The notes under the pieces are model-generated. The model was not told where the DNA came from and searched no databases. It worked only from the letters and a program-made list of their open reading frames with translations. Shown here one piece after another: positions 11,770-24,946 of a stretch of 64,000 nucleotides of DNA; within the stretch, counting starts at the first letter, position 1, and each line of letters opens with the position of its first letter. The position numbers and the translations under genes were made by a program. Location of the stretch: assembly GCA_964252035.1 (NCBI GenBank), contig OZ176207.1, one strand, 5' to 3'. This stretch comes from Podarcis erhardii. Its lineage: Eukaryota.

Positions 11770-12545
11770 ATTTAATTTATACTACCTCTTATTTCCTTCA
11801 TTTAGAAAATTCTATTTATTATTTTAGTTGTGTGTGTAGTTGCTAAAATACAATGCTTGCACAGCAATACAACATCCTCCTGTTTTTTTATCATCTGCAG
11901 CTTGTTTCCTGAAGTGCTCTTTCTTACTTCCTTTCTACTTCACAACACAGTAAGTTGCTATGTGATTACTTCACGGAGGAGCATAATTTTAAAACACTTC
12001 CTGTGGTGCATTCGCATAGGGAACATTTCTAGTACTGAATCCCATCTTTCAGAAAGTCCTCTAATAGATACAATACTTAAGAAGCTACTCATTAGTACTC
12101 ATGTTGGCAAGCTGCATGCAAGTGAAAATTCATTTAAGCAAATCTGCTGTAAAACACAAGGGTGGGAAGCTTCCTAATAAAGTGTATTTTGAGATTCTGT
12201 ATTCAAACCCAAGCCAACTGAGTTGAGACTATAATAAGCTGTCCAGAGTCACTATTTGGTATCTGACATCATTAATGGATCAAGTAGTTCATTTTCTAGC
12301 CCATTTTCTGCAATTAACCATTTATGGATTAAATTAGTAAATTAGCACAATGACCAACGGGAGTAATCAAAGATTCAAGAGACATACTTGGAAGGGCTAA
12401 GTAGTAGTAATGAAATGGACAAACTGGTTTTTGTTTTGGATGTAAGAGGCAGCTGACCTGTTTCTTCCATAGTTCATAAAGAGGTGTACTGCAACCAACA
12501 CCCCTAATATGGTGATGGATCCTGCTACCAGAACTTTTATCTTTC

Positions 12546-12640
12546 ATATGAACATAAGAAGAGCCCTGCTGGAAAAGGCCTACCTAATCCTGCATTCTGT
12601 TCTCACAGTGGCCAATCAGATGCCTATGCAATGTCAACAA
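12546..12640 (-). mobile_element. CR1-type 3' tail fragment
   Basis: aacataagaagagccctgctgga…ctcacagtggccaatcagatgcc; similar copies at 25491-25640 and 41890-41960. Confidence 0.5.
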
Positions 12641-13683
12641 ACTGGACACATGAGCACCATTCCACTCATGATTCTCAGCTAGTATAGAGGTTTCTGGAAC
12701 TGATGCTGAATTACATTACACTAGCTGTCTCAGACCCAGCACTGCTTGGGAATTCTAAGAAACAAAACAGTGAGTACCATCTTGAAATTGGTGATGAAAA
12801 TTTGCACAGTTTTGAAAGGTTCAGTACGCCATTTTGATTAAAAATGGTGTCCAATTATATCAATAGACAAAAACCTGCTCCTTGATCTCAGGAACCATCA
12901 TGCAAGCTTTCTTAAGAGGTGTCCAAATTCAGAGAGATGAGCTAAAGAGACCATCTTCCAAAATACATGGTAGATTCAGCAGCACCTAGGAACATTCAGC
13001 AACTTTACAGAAAAAAACTGCCAAGAAGAGGGTTTGTAAACCAGTCCTGAGGGCAACTGTATTCAGGTGGAGACACAGATTTCTGCAAATTATTATGAAA
13101 TACAACCACATAAAGACCTTCACATGCCACACCATATTTAAAAGTGAAGTGGAACAGGGATCAAGAGGCATGTTCCATGACATTTCTGATAGCAAAATAT
13201 TCAATGAAATGCAAAATGTTTGCAGGCCCTGAAGGTTCCTGGAAATTAATCTATATAGCGATGGTAGAGACTTTGGGCTTGCAGCTTCACTTCTAATGTA
13301 CTGCAATATGTTGATATCGTTGGGATTTGATACCCAAATCACTTTTTAACAGGCAGCTTAACATTTAAACCAGGGAGTAAAATGGCCAGGGAAAACTGGC
13401 CCAACTAACTTGTAACAATTTATCCACTCTGTAATTTAGATCTTTGTTTGAAATCAAGAAAAGGAAATGGAAGGACAGAAGTGTGTGGGGGGGAGTAGTG
13501 GTGCAAAACAGAGACCTGATTTTCTTGATAAGTAAGCATAGTGTATTTGCATAAATCAAGGCTATTTACCTACAGGATTCTAAGATTCATTTCAGTTTCA
13601 ATCAATTGGCCTTAATCTTTCTTTTCTAGGCATCTAATTCACACCTCACCTGGAACTAGGAATGTATTAACATGTATTAATAC

Positions 13684-14195
13684 CTTTAACATCTGGATCA
13701 TCTATATGAGGCTCCAAATTTTCTATCATTTCTTCCAACTCCTTCCTTGTAGCCATGGTAACGTTTGAAGAAGCTGATGCAACAACTTCCTGCTCTCCTT
13801 CCTGAGTTTCTGAATCAAGTGTTTCTGCAGTTTCCTGAAGTTCTAAATCAATATCTATCTTGGGAAGTGGAGTCCTCCAGAAATTGAATGAGTTATATAG
13901 CTCTTGATCAGAAAGGGGTTTTTCCTGGGAACTCGGTGCAGGTGCTGGCAATACTGCTATACTACAGCAATCAAAACTTTGTTCGTCCTTATTTGCTGCT
14001 TCTTGACATGATTCTGAAGACGAAGTGCAATGAAACATTGTCTCAGGCAGGGAATGAACCAACATGGAGTTACTCTCTTCCTTGTCATTTTCAAGGGTCT
14101 CTGCAAAATCACTCTCATCAGCATCTAAAGGCAACTCTGTCTGGCTTTGTACATCATGTGTTGGGATATCTTCTGTATCTACAATTCTTTCATTG
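13684..14195 (-). CDS. PPP4R1: PPP4R1 exon 11, long acidic linker (…QELYNSFNFWRTPLP…ATRKELEEMIENLEPHIDDPDVK)
   Basis: 512 nt, tttgtccag acceptor and AAAG/gtatta donor; lies within the 178-aa ORF 13667-14203. Confidence 0.94.
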
Positions 14196-14759
14196 CTGGA
14201 CAAAGAAAATAAATGTGTGTGTTATCTACCATAGTGGTTATAAAGACATATTTGGCTACAACATGGGTGGTCAATCTGCAATATGGAGGTCACAAAGGGG
14301 AAAATGGAGGGTGGAAGGATGCTGGGACAAACAAGCAAACACAAAATTAAAGACACGTGTTACACCAAAGCACAAGGAGCTGTATGTGCATTGTAGTGCA
14401 AAATAAACTGGCCTCGACTTCTGGCATAGTTAGTCACTGCTGGTCTACATAAGGACACTTGTGCCTTTCTTACTTGCTCACAAACAGGCAGCATCAAAAT
14501 TAAGGTACTTCAAAAAGAATGAACATTTGGCACATATATTCTGTATCCACAATTTTTTCATTGCTAGACCCAGAAAATGTGTATGTCTAATAATCAGAAT
14601 GTTTGGGTTGTTTAAAAGAAAGATTTTTCTTAAACCCATCCTACCTCAGAACTTGGGACATGAAATTTCCTTCATAATGGTAGAACATACAATCAAATTA
14701 TGAGTAAAAAAAATGCTAAGAGCCAATGAATTTAAATGAAATTAATAACCAGTCCATAC

Positions 14760-14890
14760 CTATGTTCCTCTGCAAGGTTCCGATCCTCAGTGTTTTTACA
14801 TTCTTCTTCTTTAAAAAACTGACCACTGCTGGATGGATTAGCGAACGTTGATATAAAAGGCCCCAGGGATTGAAAGGCAGCTTGGCGGAC
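14760..14890 (-). CDS. PPP4R1: PPP4R1 exon 10 (VRQAAFQSLGPFISTFANPSSSGQFFKEEECKNTEDRNLAEEH)
   Basis: 131 nt, actctag acceptor and AG/gtatgg donor. Confidence 0.95.
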
Positions 14891-15973
14891 CTAGAGTAAT
14901 GGATTCCAGAGAGTTCCTTTAAATATAGCTGCTTGTAATGAGTGTTCCAGCTGTCAGAAGTGGAAACATCACAAGTTCCCCAAGGTATGCTACAAGGAAA
15001 TCTTGCATCTTGAAACAAGGCCAACAAGTGGGACATGGGAATGCATTATGCTAGCTGCCTCAAGAATATTACATTACAACCAGGTACATACTTGAGTGTC
15101 ACACCAGTGTCTGAATATGCATATTAAAGTACGGATCTGTCTGCAGGAGAATATTTAAAAACTCTAGAGCAAGGGTGGGAAACCTGCAAACCCTGCAAAT
15201 GTTTTCAGACTCCAGCTTCCAAAAAACCTCAGTCAATATGACCAATGGTCAGGGATGATGTTCTTGGACTACAGCTCCTGTCTGGAGGACCACAGGTTAG
15301 CTACCCCTTATTCTAATCCAGAGAAATCTTGCATTATTCACATATATTTCACCACAATTTTACTATAAATTCCTACATTACATTTCCATCTATATTCAGA
15401 ACTTACAGAAGTACACATCTCTTTAACAGAAGAAATCACAATTTGTCAAAGCAGATATTAGAATGGGTGAGCAGGAAATCCAAAAATATTTTCAAATACA
15501 TATTTTAAAAGCTAGAGAAGGAACCAAGTAACAAATACAAACCAGATTGTAAAGTGTTTAATAGATATATATGCATTTTCACATCCTGTTTCCTGCCCAA
15601 TTATTTATCCCTTTGTCAAACCATCTTAAGAACCTCTGTACACTTTCACTGTACGTGGTTATATTTACTTTCATAATAGAGGATTTCATTTTGGGGCATA
15701 TACTTTTACTTTTGGTTCTGGCAAATAACAGCACTGTTCCTTAGTATCTGGACATAGAGTTGCCTTAAAATGCTAGCCCTAATAGTTATTGAAAACATAA
15801 TCAACGTCTACAAAACACTACAGAGATGGAGCTTCTATACCTTGCATAATACATCACCCCTCTTCCACATGTCAATGGTATTATCAATACTTTAAACATT
15901 AATTAAACTCTCCCAAAATAATTGTCAAGTATCTTGCAAGAGGAGAAGGGGAACTTAACAACTGACATCTTAC

Positions 15974-16132
15974 CCATCGTGAAGGGTCACTGATAAGGTT
16001 AATAAAAAGTGTTGATAATTTTGTTCGCCGGACCTCCTGTGATGTAGCACATGAAACAGCCATAAAACATTCAGCACAAGCCTTCCGCACACCCCAAACA
16101 TTATCAGAACAAAGCTGAAAAAATCTAGGAAG
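15974..16132 (-). CDS. PPP4R1: PPP4R1 exon 9 (LPRFFQLCSDNVWGVRKACAECFMAVSCATSQEVRRTKLSTLFINLISDPSRW)
   Basis: 159 nt, tttttcag acceptor and TGG/gtaaga donor. Confidence 0.97.
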
Positions 16133-16629
16133 CTGAAAAAATACAAAGCATAACACAAATTTTGTATGAATAATTTAAATGAGGTTTTGACTTTTTATCT
16201 TGAAATAATTCCTCATAAACTTGTAAAATGTTATAGTGGAAAATTATTAAGTGTGCTATGGACAAGATTAAGACAAGGGTGCATTCATTTTTTTGCTTCC
16301 TATGTTTGGAATTGCTTTATTTTATTGCTTCCTTTTGGCATTATAAAACCATTCCATCTTCTCACAGAGCTTAAGCTACTCCAGTAAGCTACTCCACTCA
16401 GCAGCATTCTGTACAACTTGTAGCCTTTGGAACAGCCCCACATAGAATTCATGTGTAACTGTGGCTAGGATATTTAGGTCCAGGAATGGCCGTAGCTGAT
16501 GCACTAAAGTTGGTGAAAGGCATTAATGAAATCTAGCATAAATCAGTGTACTTTGGTTCTAGTGATTTTAATAGGAAGAATTATAACTAACTGCAGCTTA
16601 TCAAAACCTATTCCAGAATTTGGATTTAC

Positions 16630-16695
16630 CAGCATTTCTTCAGTGGCTTGCTGTCCAACTACACTACAGATGTCACCAAAATTGGCTGCACAAAC
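16630..16695 (-). CDS. PPP4R1: PPP4R1 exon 8 (VCAANFGDICSVVGQQATEEML)
   Basis: 66 nt, tttttttcag acceptor and CTG/gtaaat donor. Confidence 0.96.
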
Positions 16696-17589
16696 CTGAA
16701 AAAAATAATACATTTATTATAATATGGCACCAAGCAGACAAAAACTATTCAAAAAAGCAAGACTGCAGTTCTCAAACTACTCCACGTAATGCTTTGCAAT
16801 CAACTGTAAATCTATTGCCCTGGGCCACAGGTTTACTACTCACTGCAGTTCTAATCTTGAAAGTTAGCTAATTTAAAAATAGGAGATACAACTTGATATG
16901 AACAAGAAGTCTTGTTTCCCTAAAAGTTGCAGGAACAAACTGGTAAAGAGCACAATTGGTTTAAGTATTAAGCAGGATAAAATACACATTTTTTAAAATG
17001 TTCTGGAAACTTAAGTTATGAGCCAATGTGGGTGATCAGAAAAGTCTTCTTTCCTAAGTTGTTGAGTTTACCCAACTCCCTCTGCTTCATCCCCTTACTA
17101 CAGAACCGATGCTGAATGAGGTGAACATTCAATGCAATTATGTTTTCCTTTGGGGAGAATGAGGGTGGATCTCATTTCACATTTAGCTGTTAACGAATCA
17201 CCAGATTTTGAGTCAAGAAAGAATTTCCCCCTAAAGTTCAGACTTTACTTGCATGCACACCATACATTTAAAGGACCCTTCTTCCACCTTAAGAGTAATG
17301 GCTTCTCCTAAAGTATCCTGGGAACTGTTGTTTGTTAAGGGTCTCTGCACCTTTCACAAAATATGGTTTCCATTACTCTCTGGGAAAAGCCATGACTCTT
17401 AAAGTGGTGGAAGAGTGCTTTAAATGTTTGGTGTGGGTATGATGCCAATAACAAATGTGGAGAAATTTGCCCTTCCCATAGTGCAGCAATGGCTCATTTG
17501 TTTGTTATCTGCTCTTGTCTTGCACTGATGTACCTCAGTACTATGGACTTTGTTCTGCTTTGGCCAACAAACTGTGTTGTATTGGTCAT

Positions 17590-17682
17590 CTGTCATGGAT
17601 GCTTTAGTTGAGATTCCTGCATTGCAAGGAGTTGGACTAGATGACCCTTGGGTTCCCTTCCAACTCTACAATTTTATGATTT
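17590..17682 (+). mobile_element. CR1 3' end
   Basis: gagttggactagatgacccttgggttcccttccaactctacaattttatgatt, the typical CR1 terminus with an ATTCTATG-like octamer. Confidence 0.65.
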
Positions 17683-18456
17683 GAAGAGGAAATATTGATG
17701 TATGTAAGATCTTGCCTTAGAGTAGCTGGGCTGATCTTTATGTTCTTCCTAATCCTTCCCAGCTTTATGATACTAGCATTTTAATTACGGGATTCCATAA
17801 TTTTTGCAGAATAAAGTGAGGATAGGATAGCAGTCAAATATTATCATTCTAATGCTTTAATTTTTACAACTGTTTGACTGGACAATATTCAAAGTATGTG
17901 CTCTGGCGAGTCAAATGCCAAACCCTAGAGAATATCAGCAACAGCTGACGTTTACTTGCTTCTTCATTTGCAGTGATGTCCTGAAAATCCTTCATTTCTG
18001 CCCTGCCTTACGGTGAATGGAGTCAGTGAATCCCGTCCTTCCTCCAAGAAATACAAGATGGCATACAAGGAGTTATCACATTTATAGCCTCTTAGCTACC
18101 ATCAGTGATGGTTAGCTACTGAGTTAATGACTCACTCAAAATTACCCACTGAGCTACCTGGCAGAGGAGGGACTTAAAAGTCATGTTTCCAGAGTCCCAA
18201 GTCATATTTTCTAGATGCCACACTGACATCTTAAGACAATGGTTGTTTATGGCCATAATCATTACCTATAGTTTCCTCATTCATTCCAATAAACAGGAAA
18301 GACCTGCATATACAAAGCTGCCAAGAGATCAGTGCATTCACAAAGGTTTTGATTCCTACTTAGAATAAACGCTTTCTATTTCCAAAAAAAGCATGGCTAA
18401 AATTCTGGCAAGGTAAAGAAGGGAAATAAGAGATTTACAAAGGAAAAAGGTCATAC

Positions 18457-18564
18457 CTTACGAACATGAAACATTCTGCAGTCACAGCACATCTCACAAA
18501 ACCTGGGAAGAATGAGCCTCTCTGTAATGTCCTTTCCTACCATAGAGGCCATTTTGCACATTAT
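18457..18564 (-). CDS. PPP4R1: PPP4R1 exon 7 (IMCKMASMVGKDITERLILPRFCEMCCDCRMFHVRK)
   Basis: 108 nt, aattag acceptor and AAG/gtatga donor. Confidence 0.96.
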
Positions 18565-19189
18565 CTAATTACAAGAAAAACATTGATTATGCATCTGGTA
18601 TCACTGCATTACTAGATATGCAAAAATTCCTGCTTGTAATCCAATAGCATTTTTATGAAAATGTGTATTACAAAATGCTTAATTAGTATTTTCTCTTGCA
18701 TCCTCTCTGTACATTGAAACAAAATGCTCTTGCCAATTAAAATTAACAGAAGGCAGATACAATGAAAAAATGTTTCTCTTGGTCTCAGCTAGGGTTTGCC
18801 TACCTTTATGGACTAGTAGTAGTATTTTGAATTTTAGGAAAGCACCATGGGCACCAGTCAAAAAATGGCTGGTGGTGGCATGACACAACATAAGAGCACA
18901 CTCATTGCTGCTTCATGCTCCACCCCTTATGAGTAATGTGAGAAGTTAGCTATGACCTTTTAATCCTGATTGTGGAGATTATACAATGTTGATCTCCCCC
19001 CCCCCCCCATTCCTACCAGGGAAAAATCTAGAAAATGGTTACACCACACACCACACTATGTCTTGCATAACACATGCACATGTTCACCACACACAGACAG
19101 ACCACAGACACATATGCATCTGCCTGCCCAAGTGCATCTCTCTCTCACAGACCTACCTGCAACTCCCCTCCCTACTCACACACACCAAC

Positions 19190-19219
19190 CATACATACAT
19201 ACATACATACATACATACA
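19190..19219. repeat. (ATAC)n microsatellite within a CA-rich low-complexity tract (about 19040-19330)
   Basis: Seen directly; explains the His/Thr-rich spurious ORFs. Confidence 0.85.
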
Positions 19220-19886
19220 CTGGTACCTGAGACTCCTTTGGGAGGAAGGATGTGACAGAATTTTAATAAATGCAACTCTCTCACACAGATCACACATACC
19301 TCCGCCCACTCTTTCTCAGACACAGACCACATTTGTCACTGACCAAGTATGTGTCAAAGAAAGTGCCTGCTGATAGCTTTCAATGGCTGTTGAGCTACAG
19401 CCAGCTGAATGAATGAGGTGAACCCTTTCACTCCTTTTCCCCCTCCACCAGACATTGACAAAGCAAGAAATCATGGGTGAAATAATTTTCCTTGTTTGCA
19501 AGGCCCAATAAGACAGAACAAAGGCAATTAATTTTTTTTCTAATTATTTTCTAATTTGAGTTCTTGGTCCACATTAAGTTCAGTGGATGCAATCCTGTAT
19601 AGTTTGGATGCTTTATTCCATGGAAGTTAACCAGGAGTTTAACAACTTGTGAGCAGGATTGAAGCATCACCATTCTTCCATTTCCTCTGTTCTTGGTCCA
19701 AAAAATGTTTTATGAGCTCTGAAACATGCTTATCGCTATAACTACACCATTATCTTAGTCTGCAAAGCACTAGTTTACATCTCATTCATGACAAAGGATA
19801 CTCTATGGGAAAGCAAGCATGTTTGCTGTTTAGTAAATCCAGATAATTAATTCATATAGACAATGCAAAGTCATCCTCCAACTTAC

Positions 19887-20033
19887 TGCCACAGCCTCTG
19901 TCTTCACATCATCATTGCTGTCTGGAGCCGTCAGCTCTACAAGAACTGGGCATACTTTGGCCTCCACATCATATCGTTCAATAAGTTCTTGCTCTAAAAG
20001 AACAAGTAATGCTGCCTGGCTTGTTTTTCTCAC
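19887..20033 (-). CDS. PPP4R1: PPP4R1 exon 6 (VRKTSQAALLVLLEQELIERYDVEAKVCPVLVELTAPDSNDDVKTEAVA)
   Basis: 147 nt, acatag acceptor and GCA/gtaagt donor. Confidence 0.96.
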
Positions 20034-21125
20034 CTATGTTTAAAAAGAAGAGAGGAAGGGACTTGAATTATGTTTCCACCTGTGCCACAAAGCTTTAGAA
20101 CAAACATTTTATAAGACAGCAAGAACTAACTCCTGTGAATCGCTTTCAGGCTCCACTCTATATTTACCTAGGAATGTCCCACTGAACGCAATGGGCCTTA
20201 TTTCTGAATAGGATCTACACAGGATTATGTTGTCTGGGATACTGCCATACACTGTTAGTATTTATTTCCATGAATTCTTTAGCATATGGAATGATACCAT
20301 TGTAAATCTTTAATTTGATAATATTTATACTACTGCTACTATGTAACACTGGTCAAGTACCACTGCAAAAGGCACTAAAGAGAACACAGCAGTAAACAAG
20401 TTATTCATACAGACTAGCCTTTCCCAGCATGATGCCCTCCAGATGTTTTGAACTATAAGGACATCGGTTTGTGGAAGACTAATATAAATTGTTTAATTTA
20501 ATTATGGAGTCTGTGACACAAATTTATTTCAAACTCTTTAATCTAATTTTAGTTGTTGGGACATTAACTGATCCAAATAATTGTGAAATTTCAAAACCAC
20601 TAAACTGCATTGTTTTTCCCTCCCCTGTAGTGAATGTTCAGGTGTCAGCCCCTATGGGAAGAGACCTGTCATGTTGCTACTTCAAAGTCCCATACACACT
20701 GATGCTGTTATGTAAACAATTTATTTGGATGAGTATTAACATGGTACTATTAAACGCAGGTCCCGCTTACCAAACACAATGCATTCTCAGGAAACTGTTT
20801 ATTAGAAGAGCATTTGCATAACAAGCTGGCAATTTCCATTATTTCCTGCAGGAACATTTCTAATCCATTACCCTCCCCCCCTCCCCCAAATGGCAGCCGC
20901 CAACCAGCAAAACATAAACAAGTAGGGAAGTGGACAAATTGTGGCTATTCGGATATCTGAATCAGCTGTGTGTGTAGTAAGGTTTGGGAATAATTGTTTA
21001 TGTTCAGGTAAGTGGATTTTTGGATAACAAGTGGGAGGATTGCAAGATCTGCATGCAGTTTATTTCAAACATGTAAAATCTGTACACAACTGTGTAATTA
21101 TTCAATAACTTTAATGAATTCTCAC

Positions 21126-21268
21126 CTGGTTGTTCTGGTCTGCAAGGTATCTCACCACAATAGGCAATAAATATTTTGAAAAAGCGTAAGGGATTGAAGG
21201 CCTGTTTTCTTGACAAAACATAGCTATATGAGGCACCTGTTCCATCAATTCAGCTCGTACTGTTGGCT
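21126..21268 (-). CDS. PPP4R1: PPP4R1 exon 5 (EPTVRAELMEQVPHIAMFCQENRPSIPYAFSKYLLPIVVRYLADQNNQ)
   Basis: 143 nt, tcaatag acceptor and CAG/gtgaga donor. Confidence 0.96.
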
Positions 21269-21955
21269 CTATTGATAAAAATGTCAAGATGAACCAGTAA
21301 ATCATATGTTATCGATCTCCTGATCGAAAGTCAAATACCTACTATAATGCAGTACTAATAAACTATCTCTAATTGGTCATAAAGGAATCGTTTTGGATTC
21401 AAATTTATTGCTTCATGAATTAAAAGTTCAAGAGAGTCACTAATCCTTCTTGTTTTGCAAGTAGTATTAATTGTGGAATTCAACTGATGTCCCTGTGCTC
21501 ACCAAAGTCCTTTTAATCCAGAGGATGCATCTGCTAAGTGGAATAGGAAGGGTGCAATTTTTGCCAATATCCCCATCCCACTGCACTTCCCTACCACTTT
21601 CTGCCTTTAATCTGCCTTTAATACCTTATGCCAGTCTCCATTTTTCTCTCATTTTATGGTCTCCTTGTTTTCCTGTAAAGCCTCCTTGCTATTAGGAGCC
21701 ATTTTGAAATAGGTATTATTTTGATCCTTTTCTAAATATTCTTTACAGTGCTGCCAGCAATAACATGAATTTGGTTTTATAATCATGATCCTTCAGCAGC
21801 TGCAAAGCAACAATTGCTTTTTTGAATGAACTACTGAGGATACTAATAGCATGGAATAAAGAAAGAAATATAATCTAGTTTATCCACTATTCACATTAAC
21901 CACCCCAACATTTAATCTACTTCATTACCTCATTAAGATAGCTCATACTACACAC

Positions 21956-22062
21956 CTGAATCATCAGCTAGCCTGCTGACTCTTTCCAGTACAGCAATAC
22001 AATCTCTCTCATCATCACTCACTTCTTTCAAAGTGTCCAACAAACTTCGAGCCACCATTTGC
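21956..22062 (-). CDS. PPP4R1: PPP4R1 exon 4 (QMVARSLLDTLKEVSDDERDCIAVLERVSRLADDS)
   Basis: 107 nt, gttctag acceptor and CAG/gtgtgt donor; absent from the ORF track, read manually. Confidence 0.95.
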
Positions 22063-22894
22063 CTAGAACATGAGAGAATAAAATTGCAATCTTGTGGAAC
22101 TAAGTTTATAGCTTTTACATGTCAAGAAATAATTTATCTATCCCACCTTAATGTAACACATTTGCATCCAAGCCTTCTTTCTGAGAACTCAAGGTAGTAT
22201 ATATGGGTTACCCTATTTTGCCCACAACAACCCTTAGTGTGTGTCTTGCCCAAAGTTTCATGGCTGTGTGGCAATGTGAACCCAGCTTTCCTGGTCCAAG
22301 TTTTTGTCTCCTACACCAAATACGGCCTGCTGCCCACAGGATAAAAAACTGTTCAGAACAGAATACTTAACATTAAAAAATCAAAACAAACCATTTTGAA
22401 CTATTACCCAGAAAAGAATACTAAAATTAAACCACTGTATAAGAATACCGAATACAAAAAGAGGAAAATCTTTCCTTAGAACTCAACAAAAACTAAGGTG
22501 AATTTTACAACATTGTATATTCTGATATCAGATGGCAGACAGATCCTTGTAAACGAAGACATGTTACATTAAATGTAACATACGAGGAGGCCACCATCTT
22601 TAATCATGTGTACAGCTGGTATTCTTACATTTGGAAATGAATTGTTATCTCTTCAAACATTACTGTGTTATAGTGTGAATACAATACAAATCTTAAATAC
22701 ATATCTTCTTACAAAGTAATGTACCAAATAGCCCTTGATAAGGACAGATAATCCATTAAATGAAAAAGGTGGACAAGTGTGTGAATTTAATTCATAGAAT
22801 TTCCTTGTAAAAAAGAGATTAAGTTTTGTCCTGCACACAAAACATTTTAAGATAGCTCCTTATAAAACAGATTATTTAGGCTAAAATACCATAC

Positions 22895-23030
22895 CTGTTA
22901 AAAATATTCTCGCTTGCAGCGTACTTGTCCAATCTTCCCAGAGGAGTCAACATTTCATCTTGTGAGACAAAGTCCAAGGCTGAAGGTATAATAATCACAT
23001 CAGACTCTGAGCTGTAGTCATCCACACCAA
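22895..23030 (-). CDS. PPP4R1: PPP4R1 exon 3 (FGVDDYSSESDVIIIPSALDFVSQDEMLTPLGRLDKYAASENIFN)
   Basis: 136 nt, ctgatag acceptor and CAG/gtatgg donor. Confidence 0.95.
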
Positions 23031-24417
23031 CTATCAGAGACATCAGAAACATTCCTTATAATCACAAATCTATATTTTAAAACAGATGCCTAATGCTGAG
23101 AAGAAGCTAGGCTATGCAGCAGTCTGCTTTCAACACAGATTAGTCTTAAAACTTTGTGTGCCTTTACCATTCTTCTCTTTCAAAGCATGCTTTTTGTACA
23201 ATTCAGCCATTCTTCTTGAACTGTATCCACTTTTTGCACAAAATTGTTCTCCAATTTCCTTCAGTCTCAAATATTTTGTAAACCACACACCATCTGCAGC
23301 TGACTGCTTTTTCCACTAGTCCTTCAGTAAAATAACTGTTTTTGAAAACCTCTCCTATCATACCAGATAAAGATCTCTAGTAGCCAAATTTATATACCTA
23401 AATGAATATGAAGCTCAAAATTGATGAAGACCCAAGAAAGTAGTTAGGAAGTGCAATTTCATTAAAACCAAAATCAGGACTTAAAACCACTGTTAAGGTT
23501 AAGTATAGTTTAAATATAAGCATTCAGCATGCTGGTGCACAGGGCTAACAATTTTGCTTCTCCTCTGCTCCTACTGTGCTGCCCTAGTTTTGTTTAGCAT
23601 TACATAGGAACCATGGGCAATAAAGCCAAAAACAAACTTAGGTTATAATTAATTGCTTGGAGGGAAGCAAACCACAAGTCTAGGTTCAGGCATAATGCTG
23701 AAGCAAATCCAAGGCTTCGCTCCTGGAAGCAGCAGAGCGAAGTTCCTGTGACTGTGGCATCTAGCGCAATTATCTAGATGCTGCTGGGCTGTACTTTGTA
23801 TTTCTTCAAATCTGTTAGTTAGTTTTAAGTTCAGGATGGAGTGGGGGAAGAAGTCAGCCTATATCCATGATGTTATCTTCCAACTTATTGCAACACTATT
23901 CATGTCAGCAGCAATCTGATCAAGTTTAATTACCAACACTTACATATTGTCAAAGCAACAGACATAAAAATCTTGTGAGTACCAGCTATCTCCAAAAAAA
24001 CGTGGATGATCCCCACTTGTTCAAGGATCGGTCATCTATGGAATCCACTGCTGTCATTCTAACTACTCTCTCAATTTACCATTTTGCTTTCACTGGGTGA
24101 CTGGCTTATTAACAGTCTTTTTACAAGAGCAATACTTTTAATCTCAGATAGAGCACTTTCCATTGTTCTACCCTTTTGGAGTACAGTGGGAAGAGGAACT
24201 GGCCATTCCCCATCTATTTTCATACAGATGAATATTCCAGTTGTCTCATGCTTTCTTATTTTACACTTATTCTACAGCGTAGAGGATAACGGTCTCTTGT
24301 TACCTATGGTATACACATAACAACAGGACCCTTGATGCATGATTAGGGCTCTCTGGCACTATCACAAATTGCTAACAGTCTCCCAAGTCCCTGCCCACGA
24401 ATCAACTGCTCCAAGTA

Positions 24418-24663
24418 CAGTCATACCTCGGGATAAATATGCTTCAGGTTAAGTATTTTCAGGTTGCACTCTGCGGCAACCCGGAAGTAATGGAGAGCGT
24501 TACTTCCAGGTTTCGCCACTTGCGCATGCGCAGACGGCCAAAATGACATCACACACATGCGCAGAAGAGGCGAAACATGACCCGCGCGTGCACCTCTTAC
24601 GTTCTATTCAGGATGCGAATGGGGCTCCGGAATGGATCCCGTTCGCATCCTGAGGTACCACTG
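24418..24663. mobile_element. Tc1/mariner (Tigger/pogo-like) MITE, family 2
   Basis: Flanked by TA..TA; TIRs CAGTCATACCTCGGGAT / ATCCTGAGGTACCACTG; the interior differs from the five family-1 copies. Confidence 0.8.
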
Positions 24664-24946
24664 TATTCACAATATCCTTGACAAATCCTCGTTGTGGCAA
24701 ACAGGAGCACACATATTAAAACAATTTATGTAGGATAAGAAATTTTCAGCTGCTATATTTTTCCTACAGAAAATTAAGACACTACCATCATTATACATGG
24801 ATATATCAGTCTAACAGAAACTGTCCAGCATTGCAATTAGCTTCTCACATGACTACTCTTTGAAAGTGCTTGCACATGTGCACCATAATACCACATTTCC
24901 CCAAATTAAACATGCTATTTAGGCATATTAAAATTGGTACAGTATA

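Noticed and set aside
12986-13342. 118-aa minus ORF in PPP4R1 intron 11
   Set aside because: No acceptor with a good pyrimidine tract in the required phase 1 and no recognisable homology.
13888-14406. 172-aa plus-strand ORF
   Set aside because: Largely the antisense shadow of PPP4R1 exon 11.
24078-24275. Minus-strand exon-like frame (MKIDGEWPVPLP…SESKM/gtaaat) in intron 2
   Set aside because: Phase 0/0 in a phase-1 intron; splicing to exon 2 creates TAA at once and splicing to exon 3 is out of frame. At most a poison exon, with no further support.
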